The translations under genes and the position numbers were made by a program. Under the pieces are notes generated by a model. That model had not been told where the DNA came from. It did not search any database and saw only the letters and a program-made list of their open reading frames with translations. This document shows positions 61,101 through 64,000 of a DNA stretch of 64,000 nt, piece by piece (position 1 is the stretch's first letter; every line of letters starts with the position of its first letter). This stretch comes from Eledone cirrhosa (lineage: Eukaryota): the NCBI GenBank assembly GCA_964016885.1, contig OZ024742.1, forward strand, positions 185,008,001-185,072,000, given 5' to 3'.

Positions 61101-64000
61101 AGTTGGGGTTAAATTAAGCTGGGTTTAAGTTAAGTTGGGGTTAAGTTAAGTTGGGGTTAAGTTAAGGTGGGGTTAAGTTAAGTTGAGGTTAAGTTAAGTT
61201 GGGGTTAAATTCAGTTGGGGTTAAGTTAAGTTGGGGTTAAGTTAAGTTGGGGATAAGTTAAGTTGAGTTTAAGTTAAGTTGGAGTTAATTTAAGTTGAGG
61301 TTAAGTTAAGTTGTGGTTAAGTTAAGTTGTGGTTAAGTTAAGTTGGGGTTAAGTTAAGTTGGGGTTCAGTTAAGTTGGGGTTACGTTAAGTAGGGGTTAA
61401 GTTGGGGTTAAATTAAGTTGGGGTTAAGTTAAGTTGGGGTTAAGTTAAGTTGGGGTTAAGTTAAGTTGGGGTTAAGTTAAGTTGGGGTTAAGTTAAGTTG
61501 GGGTTGAGTTAAGTTGGGGTTAAGTTAAGTCGGGGTTAAGTTAAGTTGGGGTTAAGTTAAGTTGGGGTTAAGTTAAGATGGGGTTAAGTTAAGTTGGGGT
61601 TGAGTTAAGTTGGGGTTAAGTTAAGTTGGGTTTAAGTTAAGTTGGGGTTAAGTTAAGTTGGGGTTAAGTTAAGGTGGGGTTAAGTTAAGTTGGGGTTAAG
61701 TTAAGTCGGGGTTAAGTTAAGTTGGGGTTAAGTTAAGTTGGGGTTAAGTTAAGTTGGGGTTAAGATAAGTTGGGGTTAAGTTAAGTTGGGGTTGAGTTAA
61801 GTTGGGGTTAAGTTAAGTTGGCGTTCAGTTAAGTTGCGGTTAAGTTAAGATGGTGTTAACTTAAGTCGGGGTTAAGTTAAGTTGGGGTTAAGTTAAGTTG
61901 GGGTCAAGTTAAGTTGGGGTTAAGTTAAGTTGGGGTTAAGTTAAGTTGGGGTTAAGTTAAGTCGGGGTTAAGTTAAGTTGGGGTTAAGTTAAGTTGGGGT
62001 TAAGTTAAGTTGGGGTCAAGTTAAGTTGGGGTTAAGTTAAGTTGGGGTTAAGTTAAGTTGGGGTTAAGTTAAGTCGCGGTTAAGTTAAGTTGGGGTTAAG
62101 TTAAGATGGGGTTAAGTTAAGTTGTGGTTAAGTTAAGTTGGGGTTAAGATAAGTTGGGGTTAAGTTAAGTTGCGGTTGAGTTAAGTTGGGGTTGAGTTAA
62201 TTGGGGTTAAGATAAGTTGGGGTTAAGTTAAGTTGCGGTTGAGTTAAGTTGGGGTTGAGTTAATTGGGGTTAAGTTAAGTTGGGGTTAACTTAAGTTGGG
62301 TTTAAGTTAAGTTGGGGTTAAGTTAAGTTGGGGTTAAATTAAGTTGGGGTTATGATAAGTTGGGGTTAAGTTAAGTCGGGGTTAAGTTATGTCGGGGTTA
62401 AGTTAAGTTGGTGTTAATTTAACTTGGTGTTAAGTTAAGTTGGGGTTCAGTTAAGTTGGGGTTGAGTTAAGTTGGGGGTCAAGTTAAGTTGGGGTTAAGC
62501 TAAGTTGGGGTTAAGTTAAGTTGGCGTTAAGTTAAGTTGGGGTTAATTTAAGTTTTGGTTAAGTTAAGTTGGGACTGAGTTAGGTTGGGGTCAAGTTAAG
62601 TTGGGGTTGAGTTAAGTTGGGGTTGAGTTAATTTGGGGTTAAGTTAAGTTGGGGTTAACTTAAGTTGGGGTTCAGTTAAGTTGGCGTTCAGTTAAGTTGC
62701 GGTGAAGTTAAGTTGGGGTTAACTTAAGTCGGGGTTAAGTTAAGTTGGGGTTAATTTAAGTTGGGGTCAAGTTAAGTTGGGGTTAAGTTAAGTTGGGGTT
62801 AAGTTAAGTTGGGGTTAAGTTAAGTTGCGGTTAAGTTAAGTTGGGGTCAAGTTAAGTTGGGGTTAAGTTAAGTTGGGGTTAAGTTAAGTCGCGGTTAAGT
62901 TAAGTTGGGGTTAAGTTAAGATGGGGTTAAGTTAAGTTGGGGTTAAGTTAAGTTGGGGTTAAGATAAGTTGGGGTTAAGTTAAGTTGGGGTTGAGTTAAG
63001 TTGGGGTTGAGTTAATTGGGGTTAAGTTAAGTTGGGGTTAACTTAAGTTGGGTTTAAGTTAAGTTGGGGTTAAGTTAAGTTGGGGTTAAATTAAGTTGGG
63101 GTTAAGATAAGTTGGGGTTAAGTTAAGTCGGGGTTAAGTTAAGTCGGGGTTAAGTTAAGTTGGGGTTAAGTTAACTTGCTGTTAAGTTAAGTTGGGGCTC
63201 AGTTAAGTTGGGGTTGAGTTAAGTTGGGGTCAAGTTAAGTTGGGACTAAGCTAAGTTGGGGTTAAGTTAAGTTGCGGTTAACTTAAGTTGGCGCTAAGTT
63301 AAGTGAAGGTTAAGTTAAGTTGGGGTTGAGTTAAGTTGGGGTTAAGTTAAGTTGGGGTTGAGTTAAGTTGGGGTTGAGTTAAGTTGGGGTTGAGTTAAGT
63401 TGGGGTTACGTTAAGTTGGGGTTAAGTTAAGTTGGGGTTAAGTTAAGTTTAGGTTAACTTAAGTTGGGGTTAAGTTAAGTTGGGGTTAAGTTAAGTTGGG
63501 GCTAAGTTAAGTTGGGGCTAATTTAAGTTGGGGCTAAGTTAAGTTGGGGTTAAGTTAAGGTGGGGTTTAGTTAAGTTGGGGTTGAGTTAAGTTGGGGTTG
63601 AGTTAAGTTGGGGTTAAGTTAAGTTGGGGTTAAGTTAAGTTAGGGTTAACTTAAGTTGGGGTTAATTTAAGTTGGGGTTGAGTTAAGTTGGGGTTTAATT
63701 AAGTTGGGGTTGAGTTAAGTTGGGGTTGAGTTAAGTTGGGCTTGAGTTAAGTTGGGGTTGAGTTAAGTTGGGCTTATCTTAAGTTGGGGTTAATTTAAGA
63801 TGGGGTTAAGTTAAGTTGGGGTTAAGTTAATTTGGGGTTAAGTTAAGTTGGGGTTAAGTTAAGTTGGGGTTATGTTAAGTTGGGGTTAAGTTAAGTTGAG
63901 GTTAACTTAAGTTGGGGTTAAGTTAAGTTGGGGTTAAGTTAAGTTGGGGCTTAGTTAAGTTGGGGCTAAGTTAAGTTGGGGTTAAGTTAAGTTGGGGTTA
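49175..64000 (+). repeat. Macro-duplication, right copy (matches 725-18531), truncated by the window end
   Basis: Same anchors as the left copy. The length difference of 2,981 bp equals 3,013 minus 32. The left boundary is set by a mismatch, C49174 vs G724. Confidence 0.93.

Larger units (their letters stand above)
1..64000 (+). repeat. Tandem satellite array, 16-bp monomer TTAAGTTAAGTTGGGG (~4,000 copies), telomere-like and G-rich on +, running off both window edges
   Basis: The monomer reads directly from start to end in one orientation. Consensus composition is T6 G6 A4 C0. Deviations are scattered substitutions and occasional 11-, 15- and 17-bp monomers. Confidence 0.99.

Noticed and set aside
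1-64000. Protein-coding repeat ORF on either strand
   Set aside because: Each monomer has two TAA triplets on each strand, and the 16-bp period cycles them through all frames, giving about two stops per 48 nt per frame.
1-64000. CRISPR array or repeat-spacer system
   Set aside because: There are no unique spacers, leader or cas genes. All variation is point change or small indels within the monomer.
1-64000. Variant monomers acting as an information-bearing code or diversity-generating cassette
   Set aside because: The pattern is adequately explained by point mutation followed by nested duplication, and nothing in the window suggests a read-out mechanism.
1-64000. piggyBac-type element suggested by thousands of TTAA sites
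   Set aside because: TTAA is simply part of the monomer. No terminal inverted repeats, transposase or inserted sequence are present.
1-64000. Pure sequencing noise or a synthetic low-complexity artefact
   Set aside because: Variants recur identically in ordered haplotypes over many kb, which random error would not produce. The copy number of the youngest duplications still needs read support.
1-64000. Strand switch or telomere-fusion point
   Set aside because: No CCCCAACTTAAC-oriented segment was seen, and the orientation is uniform throughout.

Overview
The whole 64-kb window is one uninterrupted, head-to-tail satellite array of about 4,000 copies of a 16-bp monomer, TTAAGTTAAGTTGGGG, i.e. 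(TTAAG)2-TTGGGG. The consensus + strand has no C. I see no genes, RNA genes, mobile elements, unique spacers or inversions; TAA stops close all six frames. The real structure is in the variant monomers, which recur in fixed order and reveal a nested hierarchy: 5-bp subunit, 16-bp monomer, 63-540-bp local duplications, an irregular ~4.3-5.4-kb higher-order repeat, apparently exact tandem duplications of 3,013 and 4,257 bp, and a near-identical duplication of at least 14.8 kb at an offset of 45.5-48.5 kb. The monomer looks like a compound telomeric motif, but the variant pattern indicates propagation by recombination rather than fresh telomerase synthesis. Alignments were done by eye using rare variants as anchors. 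The organism and chromosomal position cannot be determined from this window, and the youngest duplications could be assembly artefacts. I found no protein-coding system here.
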